DNA of 32,000 bases from Nanoarchaeum equitans Kin4-M. GTDB taxonomy: Archaea > Nanobdellota > Nanobdellia > Nanobdellales > Nanoarchaeaceae. Positions within the stretch are counted from its first letter, which is position 1; each line of letters begins with the position of its first letter. This document shows, piece after piece, positions 17,151-24,240 of the stretch. A model generated the notes under the pieces. That model saw only the letters and a program-made list of their open reading frames with translations, was not told where the DNA came from and searched no databases. The DNA lies in assembly GCA_000008085.1 (NCBI GenBank), contig AE017199.1, positions 300,001 to 332,000 of the forward strand, written 5' to 3'. The translations under genes and the position numbers were made by a program.

Positions 17151-17390
17151 TTATTTCTTTAGATCAACGAACGCTGTATCTCCTTCTTTCGTTACTACTA
17201 TTGTAAATTTGGTTGGTGGTTTTCTTCCACCTCTTTTCCATATGAATTTATTTAGCTCTTGGCTAATTTTTACTATTTTCGCTTTTGTGTGTCTCATTAC
17301 AAACTCTTTTAATGCCTTTACCGCCTTTTTTGTTCTTTTAAACCTAGAAGTAACTAATACAGCTTTTCTTAAATTTACAGTATATTCCAT
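17151..17390 (-). CDS. rpl31e: ribosomal protein eL31 (L31e)
   Basis: 79 aa. RFKRTKKAVKALKEFVMRHTK...ISQELNKFIWKRGGRKPPTKFTIVV matches L31e. Confidence 0.88.
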   Translation of the reverse strand: MEYTVNLRKAVLVTSRFKRTKKAVKALKEFVMRHTKAKIVKISQELNKFIWKRGGRKPPTKFTIVVTKEGDTAFVDLKK

Positions 17391-17419
17391 TTAGGAAAAA
17401 ACAAAGACTATTTAAAATT

Positions 17420-17659
17420 TTATATAGTGCTCAAAGCTTTTATTAGTTTCATAATATCTTGGTTTTGCTTTTTCATTGCTTCCTCATAATTCTTTTTCAA
17501 CTGTTTATACTGTTTTATTAGTTTAATTATATCATTTACACTATTAGCTTGGTCAGTTTTATTAATTATAGAAACCGCTTCACCTCTTAATACTTTCGAA
17601 GTAACATCATCGATAATGTTTTCCTCTATTTGAGGATAAATAATATAGTTTATTGATTT
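17420..17659 (-). pseudogene. 79-codon open frame with no ATG/GTG/TTG start, paralogous to the C-terminal module of the upstream 390-aa protein
   Basis: Own codon-by-codon translation: KSINYIIYPQIEENIIDDVTSKVLRGEAVSIINKTDQANSVNDIIKLIKQYKQLKKNYEEAMKKQNQDIMKLIKALSTI*. Compare NLIAKIEKAQSLGEILKLIREYKQLKKAFEEAKEKQKQMLKQLLKEL in ORF 17694-18866. Confidence 0.45.
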
Positions 17660-17693
17660 TTAGCTAACAAAGTTTAATACTATTAAAAAGTTA

Positions 17694-18866
17694 TTATTGA
17701 GTATTTACTTCGGCTTCTCCTTTTACTTCCGCATTTTCATTAGTTAAGTTTTCTAATTCTTTTAGCAATTGTTTTAACATTTGCTTTTGTTTTTCTTTAG
17801 CTTCTTCGAACGCTTTCTTTAATTGCTTATACTCTCTAATTAATTTCAATATTTCTCCTAAAGATTGGGCTTTTTCTATTTTTGCTATTAGGTTTACAAC
17901 TTTTAGCTCTAACTCTGCTTGTAAATTAGCATCTGTAATTTCTATTTTTATGTTAGCGTGCAACTCTAATGTTCTTGCCAACAAAACATCTTTAGCTAAA
18001 GATACTAAATCCTTCATTGCTTCATCTTTACTTTTTAATACTTTCTCTTTTATTTCTTTAATTTTTTTCCTAGCCTCTTCTATTTTGGTTTTAGCATATT
18101 CCTTTATTTCTTCTGGGGGTTTGTCTAATATTTGCTTTAACTCCATTGAAATTTCTAAACTGGCTTTAGCCTCTATCGCTTTTGGCCTATTTTTATAGGA
18201 AGAGTATTCTTTGTATAATTCTTCCCATTTCTTTAATAGTTCTTGGGCCAATTTTTCATTAATTAGAGAGAGTTTCTCTATTTGTGCTTTTAAGGAGAAA
18301 AAGGTAGGATCTAAATATTGACCATGGTATTCTTTTACTAATTTCTCTAACATTTTTAATCTTTTCTTTATCATATTCACAAAATGCTCTACATCTATTA
18401 CTTTTGCTAAATCCTCTGGGTTTTCTATATGCACTTTTCCTTCCCCTTTATTTTCTTCTCTTTCCTTCATTTCATTTTCCTTTTCTTTATTTTCTTTTTC
18501 AGATTCTTCTTCCATTTCATGTTCCTCTTTCTTTAGTTCCTCTATTTCTTCTTCATTATTATCTTCTAATTTTTCTAGCATTGGTTCACATTTTATTATT
18601 TTAGCATTGTGTTGTGATGCATATGTTTTAGCAATACAATCGTTTCCAAAAACTTTTTCTATTTTTTCCCCATTAGGTAATTCTAGTTCACATTTAACTG
18701 GTTTATATACTTGTATGCAATATATTTTTGGTTTCTTTGGTATTGGTATAGTTACATTAATTTCAGCATTTCCCTCGATTTTATTATTATCGCCCTTTAG
18801 TTCGCCTTTTAGCTGTACTGCGGACAATGCTAAAGGTATGGCTAAAACCCAGAATAGCTTTTTCAT
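17694..18866 (-). CDS. secreted or surface coiled-coil protein with signal peptide, 4-Cys N-terminal module and acidic tract
   Basis: 390 aa. Signal-like MKKLFWVLAIPLALSAVQ, Cys module IYCIQVYKPVKCELELPNGEKIEKVFGNDCIAKTYASQHNAKIIKC, acidic EDNNEEEIEELKKEEHEMEEESEKE, then long heptad regions. Confidence 0.6.
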   Translation of the reverse strand: MKKLFWVLAIPLALSAVQLKGELKGDNNKIEGNAEINVTIPIPKKPKIYCIQVYKPVKCELELPNGEKIEKVFGNDCIAKTYASQHNAKIIKCEPMLEKLEDNNEEEIEELKKEEHEMEEESEKENKEKENEMKEREENKGEGKVHIENPEDLAKVIDVEHFVNMIKKRLKMLEKLVKEYHGQYLDPTFFSLKAQIEKLSLINEKLAQELLKKWEELYKEYSSYKNRPKAIEAKASLEISMELKQILDKPPEEIKEYAKTKIEEARKKIKEIKEKVLKSKDEAMKDLVSLAKDVLLARTLELHANIKIEITDANLQAELELKVVNLIAKIEKAQSLGEILKLIREYKQLKKAFEEAKEKQKQMLKQLLKELENLTNENAEVKGEAEVNTQ

Positions 18867-18886
18867 TTTTACTAATATAAACCTAA

Positions 18887-18894
18887 TTTATAAA
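18887..18894 (+). promoter_or_regulatory. TATA box of C/D sRNA 18915-18966
   Basis: TTTATAAA starts 28 nt upstream of 18915. Confidence 0.5.
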
Positions 18895-18914
18895 TAGATG
18901 GTACTACTTTTTAG

Positions 18915-18966
18915 GATGATGTAGGTGGCTTGACTCTGATTAGTGATGAGAGGAGGTGATACTGAT
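18915..18966 (+). ncRNA. C/D box sRNA; D guide complementary to the 16S 3'-terminal anti-SD sequence
   Basis: G-AUGAUGU(C, 1 mismatch)-AGGUGGCUUGACU(13)-CUGA-UUA-GUGAUGA-GAGGAGGUGAUA(12)-CUGA. The 3' part lies antisense to the last 8 codons of the GTPase gene. Confidence 0.7.
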
Positions 18967-19626
18967 AGGGTATTTAACTTTTATTTTTCCATTAACCCAA
19001 AGTGATAATAATCTAACTGCTGTATCTCGTAATGGCATGCGCCATTTTTTGGATAACTTTTCTAAAAATTCATTTTCATCTTTTGCTTCTATATTAAACC
19101 GCTCTTGCAAATCCTCAAAAATTAGTTTTATTAGTTTTAAAGCCACTCTAATAGGGTTGTCAAGCTTCTCTGGGCTGTAAGAGCCTATTAAAGTTAACAA
19201 CTCTTTATCCTTTAGAGTAAAAATCCCAGGAGTGTCTTTTAAATATATTTTATTTGATAGCTTTATTAATTGGATACCTTTAGTTTTCCCTGGTATAGGA
19301 GCTGTACCGGCAACGTGTCTTCCTCTTAAAGCATTAATTAGAGAGCTTTTCCCAGTATTTGGAAAACCTGCAACGCAAACAATTATTTTGTCTTTATTAA
19401 TATTTTTCGCAACCTCTTTTATTTTATTTCTTAATACTCTTAGCCCTTTTCTTGTTCTAGAGGAAACATACACATCACCATATAAACTTAATAACTCTTC
19501 TGCTTCAACCAAATCGGCTTTGTTTAAAACTTTAATTATTATTTTGTTTAGTTTTTCTATTTTTTTGTTTGGAAATGGTATCCTAGCATCCATTACTTCT
19601 AATATTATATCACAATCATCAAACAT
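18940..19626 (-). CDS. circularly permuted GTPase (YlqF/RbgA/Nug-like ribosome biogenesis GTPase)
   Basis: 228 aa. G4 NKADL precedes G1 GFPNTGKSSLINAL and G3 DTPG, which is the permuted motif order. Confidence 0.85.
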   Translation of the reverse strand: MFDDCDIILEVMDARIPFPNKKIEKLNKIIIKVLNKADLVEAEELLSLYGDVYVSSRTRKGLRVLRNKIKEVAKNINKDKIIVCVAGFPNTGKSSLINALRGRHVAGTAPIPGKTKGIQLIKLSNKIYLKDTPGIFTLKDKELLTLIGSYSPEKLDNPIRVALKLIKLIFEDLQERFNIEAKDENEFLEKLSKKWRMPLRDTAVRLLSLWVNGKIKVKYPISITSSHH

Positions 19627-20206
19627 CTTTTTTAGAGAATATGCCCCTTAAAATTTTTAGCGAAAGAGGTATGGAAAAATCATAAATCTTTATTGTTTTC
19701 ACATTGGGTTTTTTAATTCTCGTTTTAACTAACTCTCTAATATTTCTCAAATAGGGCACAATTGTTTTGGGTACATATTTCTCCCATAAATCGCAATTAG
19801 ATAAATAGCATTCCCTAACTTGGGAAGCGGATGGTCCATTATATCTATTATTAACTATTAATTGCTTAGCAAAATAGCCATAAACTTTTCTTTTAATCCA
19901 ATTGTTTCCCCCCATATATACTAAATCGAATTTTTTCTTTTGTTTTAGTACATCTATATAAGGAGGCTCAATTAGAAAAAATTCGTATTTTTGTCCTAGT
20001 AATTCAAACATTTCTTTTTGTTCTTCTATCAAAAATGGGTAATCCTTATTTATTATTGGTTCACCATTGGGTAAAATAACTCTTACTGGTAAAAATATAA
20101 CTTCGTAATCGTTAGATAATTTGTTGGCAATATTGTAATGTGATATGGTTAAAGGCTGAAACCGACCAGGAAAATATAAAGATTTTTTTAATTTTAAGCT
20201 AAGCAT
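19619..20206 (-). CDS. cytidylyltransferase-fold protein, archaeal NMN adenylyltransferase family, with divergent HxGH motif
   Basis: 195 aa. GRFQPLTISH (family consensus GRFQPFHxGH). C-terminal NGPSASQVRECYLSNCDLWEKYVPKTIVPYL aligns to the ySGTeIRr...W..lVP region. Confidence 0.65.
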   Translation of the reverse strand: MLSLKLKKSLYFPGRFQPLTISHYNIANKLSNDYEVIFLPVRVILPNGEPIINKDYPFLIEEQKEMFELLGQKYEFFLIEPPYIDVLKQKKKFDLVYMGGNNWIKRKVYGYFAKQLIVNNRYNGPSASQVRECYLSNCDLWEKYVPKTIVPYLRNIRELVKTRIKKPNVKTIKIYDFSIPLSLKILRGIFSKKDV

Positions 20207-20436
20207 TTACATATTGCTTGTTAAAATTTAAATGCTTTGATGGCAATTAGTTATTCAATAGTTGTATATTTGCCAAAAAGCCAAAATATTTTTATTCTTA
20301 ATGAAAATCGATAGAGAATAGCAAACTAAAACTAATACGATTTGTTGATATAATTTAAGACCAAAAAACAATAATGGAAGTTTAAATAAAAATTTAGACG
20401 TTTTAACATATTTAAATGATGAACTATTAAATATGT

Positions 20437-21318
20437 ATGGTGCTCTTCGACTGGGGTACATACAATGGAGGAAGCAAGCTATATGTTGCAGAGCTATTGG
20501 GAATGAAACTAACAGAAATACCACCATACGATTTTAGCAGGAGAAATAGACCAATAGAGTATTTTAAGCAATACAAAGAAAAAGCAACAAAAGCGTTTAC
20601 AACAATAACTGCCCATGCCCCCTATTATTCATTAATCCCAAGGGATTTAAGGCAATTAGATAAAATCAAAAAAATAATGTTAGATGTGGCAATAAAAGCG
20701 AAAACTGCTGGGGCTGAAATATTAAACATGCATATAGGAGGCAAAACTGGAGACCCAGACAAAGATGTTGAAATAGTAACAAGTGTATTAAAGTATTTGT
20801 TACAAAATACCAAAGACATTAAGTTCTCCTTAGAAACATCCTATTCTGGTTATCTATTTGGTTCTATAGAAGAAATAAGGGCAGTAATAGAGGCATTGAA
20901 TTCGGATAGAGTATTAATATCGTTACAATTAGAAAATGATTGGATGAGAGAATTCGAAGTATATAGAACAGGGCAATTCCATAAAGCTGCACAATATGCC
21001 ACAGAGGATTTCTGGAAAAAGATATTGAAACAAGGGTTAGAATTGGGTAACGGTTATCTATCCCTAAGGTTTGCCCAAATAACTGGAGTAAGGCTAAGGG
21101 GAATAGTAGTTAAAAAGAGAGTTCCATTAGGAATGGGTTACCCACCATTAGAGCCATTGGCTAATGCCATAGCAGAATTTATGGTAAAAGAAGTATATGA
21201 AAAAGGTTTAGAAACAAAAATGCATATAATATATACAGGTATACCACAAACCAAGTATGTTGATACCCTTAAATTATATTCCTCAATAATGGAAAAGGTA
21301 GTAAATTATTTGAGATGA
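20437..21318 (+). CDS. xylose-isomerase-like TIM barrel protein (AP endonuclease 2 / Endo IV-like)
   Basis: 293 aa. ITAHAPYYSL, LNMHIGG, FSLETSY and LQLEND resemble the beta-strand-end metal ligands of Endo IV-like barrels, but only partly conserved. The stop overlaps the helicase start (ATGA). Confidence 0.5.
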   Translation: MVLFDWGTYNGGSKLYVAELLGMKLTEIPPYDFSRRNRPIEYFKQYKEKATKAFTTITAHAPYYSLIPRDLRQLDKIKKIMLDVAIKAKTAGAEILNMHIGGKTGDPDKDVEIVTSVLKYLLQNTKDIKFSLETSYSGYLFGSIEEIRAVIEALNSDRVLISLQLENDWMREFEVYRTGQFHKAAQYATEDFWKKILKQGLELGNGYLSLRFAQITGVRLRGIVVKKRVPLGMGYPPLEPLANAIAEFMVKEVYEKGLETKMHIIYTGIPQTKYVDTLKLYSSIMEKVVNYLR

Positions 21319-22937
21319 TTTTAAGAGAATACCAAAAGAAAGCTGTTTCTATAGCCTTAGAGAAAAAGAAATGTGTAATTGTATTACCTACGGGCACTGG
21401 TAAAACCATTATTGGAGCATATTTTGTTAAAAATTTATTGGATAAAGGCAAAGCAATAATAGTAGTTCCTACTAGAATTTTGGTTGAACAAACATACAAT
21501 GTTTACAAATCTTTAGGATTGAACCCAACAAAGATTTATGGTATAATCCCAAAAAGCAAAAGGGCAAACCTATGGAAAAAAGCCAAAATTGCTATTACCA
21601 CTCCAGAAACTGCTTATTTTGATAAGGAATATATAGATCATGACATAATTGTATTAGACGAATGCCATCACGCTATTGGAAATGACTATTATGCTAAGCT
21701 ATTAAGAGAGAAAGAGTTTGAATATAAATTAGGATTAAGCGCTTTCATTCCTAAAAAGTATAGAAAAGAAATAGAATCCCTAATAGGGGAAATAATAGAG
21801 TTGTATGACGAACCCTCTTTAAAAAAATATATCCCTAATTGGATTGGCGATATATATGAAGCGCCTTTGAACAAATTAGAATACCAATTATATAAAGAGA
21901 TTGAAGAATTAAAGAGAAAATCCAAAGGTAGCAAAAGGCTTATATATAGCTTAGCTTTGAAGTATTTGGCAACAGATGGAGGTTTGGCATTAAAAGAAAG
22001 TGTAAGCAAAAATAATATTTTATCTAAAATATTGAGCCCATTCAAAGACAAAATAGAAAAGATTAGGGATTTACACAAATGGGACGCTTTAAAAAGTATA
22101 TTAGATACATACGAATTCGAAAAAGCCATTATTTTTATAGATAGGGTTATTGTTGCAAAGAGAGTTGCCCAATCATTAGATGCAGCCCTAATAATAGGGA
22201 AAAAGCATAAAAATATAGCGCAATCCTTGAAAGAAGCAAAGGAAAAAAATATAATAGTTGCTACCTCTGCAGGGGAGGAGGGATTAGATTTACCAAGCGC
22301 AGATCTATTAATAGTATGGTCCCAAACATCTAATCCGATAAGGTTTATACAAAGGCATGGCCGAATAATGAGACCAACAAAGATGTTAAAATTTGTAACT
22401 TATATAGTTACTCCTTATACAATAGATGTTGATTTATTTTTGTCCGCGGTATTGAAGGTATCGAAATACGTTGATATAAATATAAATGTGAAAAACTATT
22501 TCAAAAAAAGCTCTGTTCATCAAATAATAAATCTATTAACAGAGCCATTAACTAAAGATATGTTAAAGCAATTGGGATTTACTGATAACGAAATAAATAT
22601 TGCTTTAAAATATGGAATAGAAAATGGGGATATAGTATACTTTTATTCCCCTTTCGGAAAATTATACATCAATAAGGACTTTATGTATATGGTTGAGAGA
22701 CGATATCCAACAATTTTCATACCAAAATGGGAGGGCAAAATAAAAATAAATAACAAAACAATAAAGGGAGATTACCAAAAGCTATATGAAAAGCTATCCA
22801 ATATGATCCCAATTAAAGGGCTAAAAATAACAGTCATAAAAAAGAAAGACATAATAGAATATGATTGGAGATCCTATAATTATACAATTGATAGCAAACC
22901 ATTATTAAGGCTAGTTTTAAGGAATGCTTTGTCTTAA
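21315..22937 (+). CDS. SF2 helicase, Hef/FANCM-like helicase core without ERCC4 nuclease domain
   Basis: 540 aa. REYQ, motif I LPTGTGKT, YGIIPKSKRANLWKKAKIAITTPE, motif II LDECHHA, motif VI FIQRHGRIMR. The C-terminal ~140 aa is unassigned. Confidence 0.8.
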   Translation: MILREYQKKAVSIALEKKKCVIVLPTGTGKTIIGAYFVKNLLDKGKAIIVVPTRILVEQTYNVYKSLGLNPTKIYGIIPKSKRANLWKKAKIAITTPETAYFDKEYIDHDIIVLDECHHAIGNDYYAKLLREKEFEYKLGLSAFIPKKYRKEIESLIGEIIELYDEPSLKKYIPNWIGDIYEAPLNKLEYQLYKEIEELKRKSKGSKRLIYSLALKYLATDGGLALKESVSKNNILSKILSPFKDKIEKIRDLHKWDALKSILDTYEFEKAIIFIDRVIVAKRVAQSLDAALIIGKKHKNIAQSLKEAKEKNIIVATSAGEEGLDLPSADLLIVWSQTSNPIRFIQRHGRIMRPTKMLKFVTYIVTPYTIDVDLFLSAVLKVSKYVDININVKNYFKKSSVHQIINLLTEPLTKDMLKQLGFTDNEINIALKYGIENGDIVYFYSPFGKLYINKDFMYMVERRYPTIFIPKWEGKIKINNKTIKGDYQKLYEKLSNMIPIKGLKITVIKKKDIIEYDWRSYNYTIDSKPLLRLVLRNALS

Positions 22938-23008
22938 TGCGCCCGCCGGGATTCGAACCCGGGTCACGGGCTTGGGGGGCCCGCATCCTACCCCTAGACT
23001 ACGGGCGC
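22938..23008 (-). tRNA. tRNA-Gly(CCC) with C at position 33
   Basis: Hand-folded from revcomp. Acceptor GCGCCCG/CGGGCGC, anticodon stem CGGGC/GCCCG, loop CCCCCAA, 4-nt variable loop, T arm CCGGG-UUCGAAU-CCCGG, discriminator A. It abuts the helicase stop codon. Confidence 0.88.
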
Positions 23009-23028
23009 TTGGTTTATAGAGAATATTA

Positions 23029-23036
23029 TTAAAAAA
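23029..23036 (-). promoter_or_regulatory. TATA box of tRNA-Gly
   Basis: TTTTTTAA on the minus strand, starting 28 nt upstream of tRNA nt 1. Confidence 0.55.
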
Positions 23037-23063
23037 TTTTATCTGCAGCTACTCCTTTCATCA

Positions 23064-23609
23064 CTATTCAGATTGTGCTTTCTCTTCATATAGCCATTGC
23101 AATTTGCCTAGCCCTGCTTGTCTCATCGTTAGATTAATCTTTGTACCTATGGGTTTTATACTTATACCAACTATTTTTGCTTTAACTATATCTTCTATCT
23201 TTAGTATCTTTTTAGTTTTTCTACCAGCCAAAACTTTGTCTTTAGAATAATCAACGATATCATCCATTATTTGAGATATATGTATTAAACCATCTGTAGG
23301 CCCAATATTTACATAAGCACCAAAATCGACTATATTTGATATAATTCCCAAGGTTACTTCTTTTAATATGGGTTTCCAGGTTAAAACTTTAAACCTTACT
23401 TTATAATATATTCCTCCATCGTTATAGCCTAAATATCCTTCACTTTTGTCTAAAATATCTAAAATAGATAAAACCCAACCTAATTGTTTATTTATTTTCC
23501 CTTCATATTGCTTTAATAATGCATTTTTAATTGCTTCTTCGATAGTTTTTTCTTTTAAATCCCTTGGATCAACTCTAACATAGTCTTCTACCTCGCTTAT
23601 AAAAAACAT
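23064..23609 (-). CDS. rpo7: RNA polymerase subunit Rpo7 (E')
   Basis: 181 aa. The N-terminal Rpb7-like fold begins MFFISEVEDYVRVDPRDL. S1 domain has GIISNIVDFGAYVNIGPTDGLIHISQI. Confidence 0.9.
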   Translation of the reverse strand: MFFISEVEDYVRVDPRDLKEKTIEEAIKNALLKQYEGKINKQLGWVLSILDILDKSEGYLGYNDGGIYYKVRFKVLTWKPILKEVTLGIISNIVDFGAYVNIGPTDGLIHISQIMDDIVDYSKDKVLAGRKTKKILKIEDIVKAKIVGISIKPIGTKINLTMRQAGLGKLQWLYEEKAQSE

Positions 23610-23643
23610 TGAATAGCAATAAATTTGTTTTTATAAATTTACA

Positions 23644-24240
23644 ATGGACTGGGAAGAGCTGGAAAAGCAAATACTAAATTGCAAAAAATGCCCTTTATAT
23701 AAATATGCTAGAAACAAAGTTATTGGGGATGGCAATAAAAATAGCGATATAGTATTTATTGGAGAAGCCCCTGGGGAAGAAGAAGATAAGCAAGGTAAAC
23801 CTTTTGTTGGGAGGGCAGGCCAATTATTAAATAAATTGTTAGAAAAAATAGGATTAACGAGGGATCAAATTTATATAACTAATGTATTAAAATGCAGGCC
23901 CCCAAATAATAGAGATCCCAAAGAAGAAGAAATAGAAGCATGTAAGCCCTATTTAGTTATACAATTAGATTTAATAAAGCCAACATATATTGTTACTTTA
24001 GGGAGATTCGCCACAAAGGAAATATTTGATTTGTTTGGCCTAAAGTTTAGCTCTATAACAAAAGTAAGGGGTAAACCATATTATGTTAGAAGATGGAACA
24101 AAATTGTTACGATATTCCCTACTCTACATCCAGCTGCCGCTTTATACCATACAAAATATTTGCCAATTATAGAGCAAGACTTTGAAAAACTAAAAGAGAT
24201 AATTAGCAATAATAAAAGAGGGTTGTTAAAGTTTATCTAA
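23644..24240 (+). CDS. udg: family 4 uracil-DNA glycosylase (Fe-S)
   Basis: 198 aa. CKKCPLY, GEAPGEEEDKQGKPFVGRAGQLL, NVLKCRPPNNRDP, ACKPYL, HPAAALY. Confidence 0.92.
   Translation: MDWEELEKQILNCKKCPLYKYARNKVIGDGNKNSDIVFIGEAPGEEEDKQGKPFVGRAGQLLNKLLEKIGLTRDQIYITNVLKCRPPNNRDPKEEEIEACKPYLVIQLDLIKPTYIVTLGRFATKEIFDLFGLKFSSITKVRGKPYYVRRWNKIVTIFPTLHPAAALYHTKYLPIIEQDFEKLKEIISNNKRGLLKFI

Noticed and set aside
18588-18720. Kazal-type protease-inhibitor domain in the 4-Cys module of the secreted coiled-coil protein
   Set aside because: Only four Cys are present instead of six, and the C-to-C spacing (17 residues where Kazal has ~10) does not fit. The resemblance is limited to YKPV.C and FGNDC.
20240-20405. 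Possible ncRNA in the central ~170 bp of the 230-bp NMNAT / TIM-barrel spacer
   Set aside because: The region is uniformly AT-rich, with no box motifs and no GC-rich stems. Both flanks are explained by TATA boxes 26-28 nt from the two divergent start codons.
20415-20421. Perfect ATGATGA box in the spacer upstream of the TIM-barrel gene (and GTGATGA at 10518-10524 and several others inside CDSs)
   Set aside because: No CTGA-type D or D' box occurs at 12-nt spacing downstream, and there is no second box pair. These are chance occurrences in AT-rich sequence or codons.
20255-20527. 90-aa minus-strand ORF in the NMNAT / TIM-barrel spacer
   Set aside because: The product is hydrophobic and low-complexity. 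It overlaps the start of the TIM-barrel gene and both flanking promoters. The spacer is better read as divergent promoter DNA.
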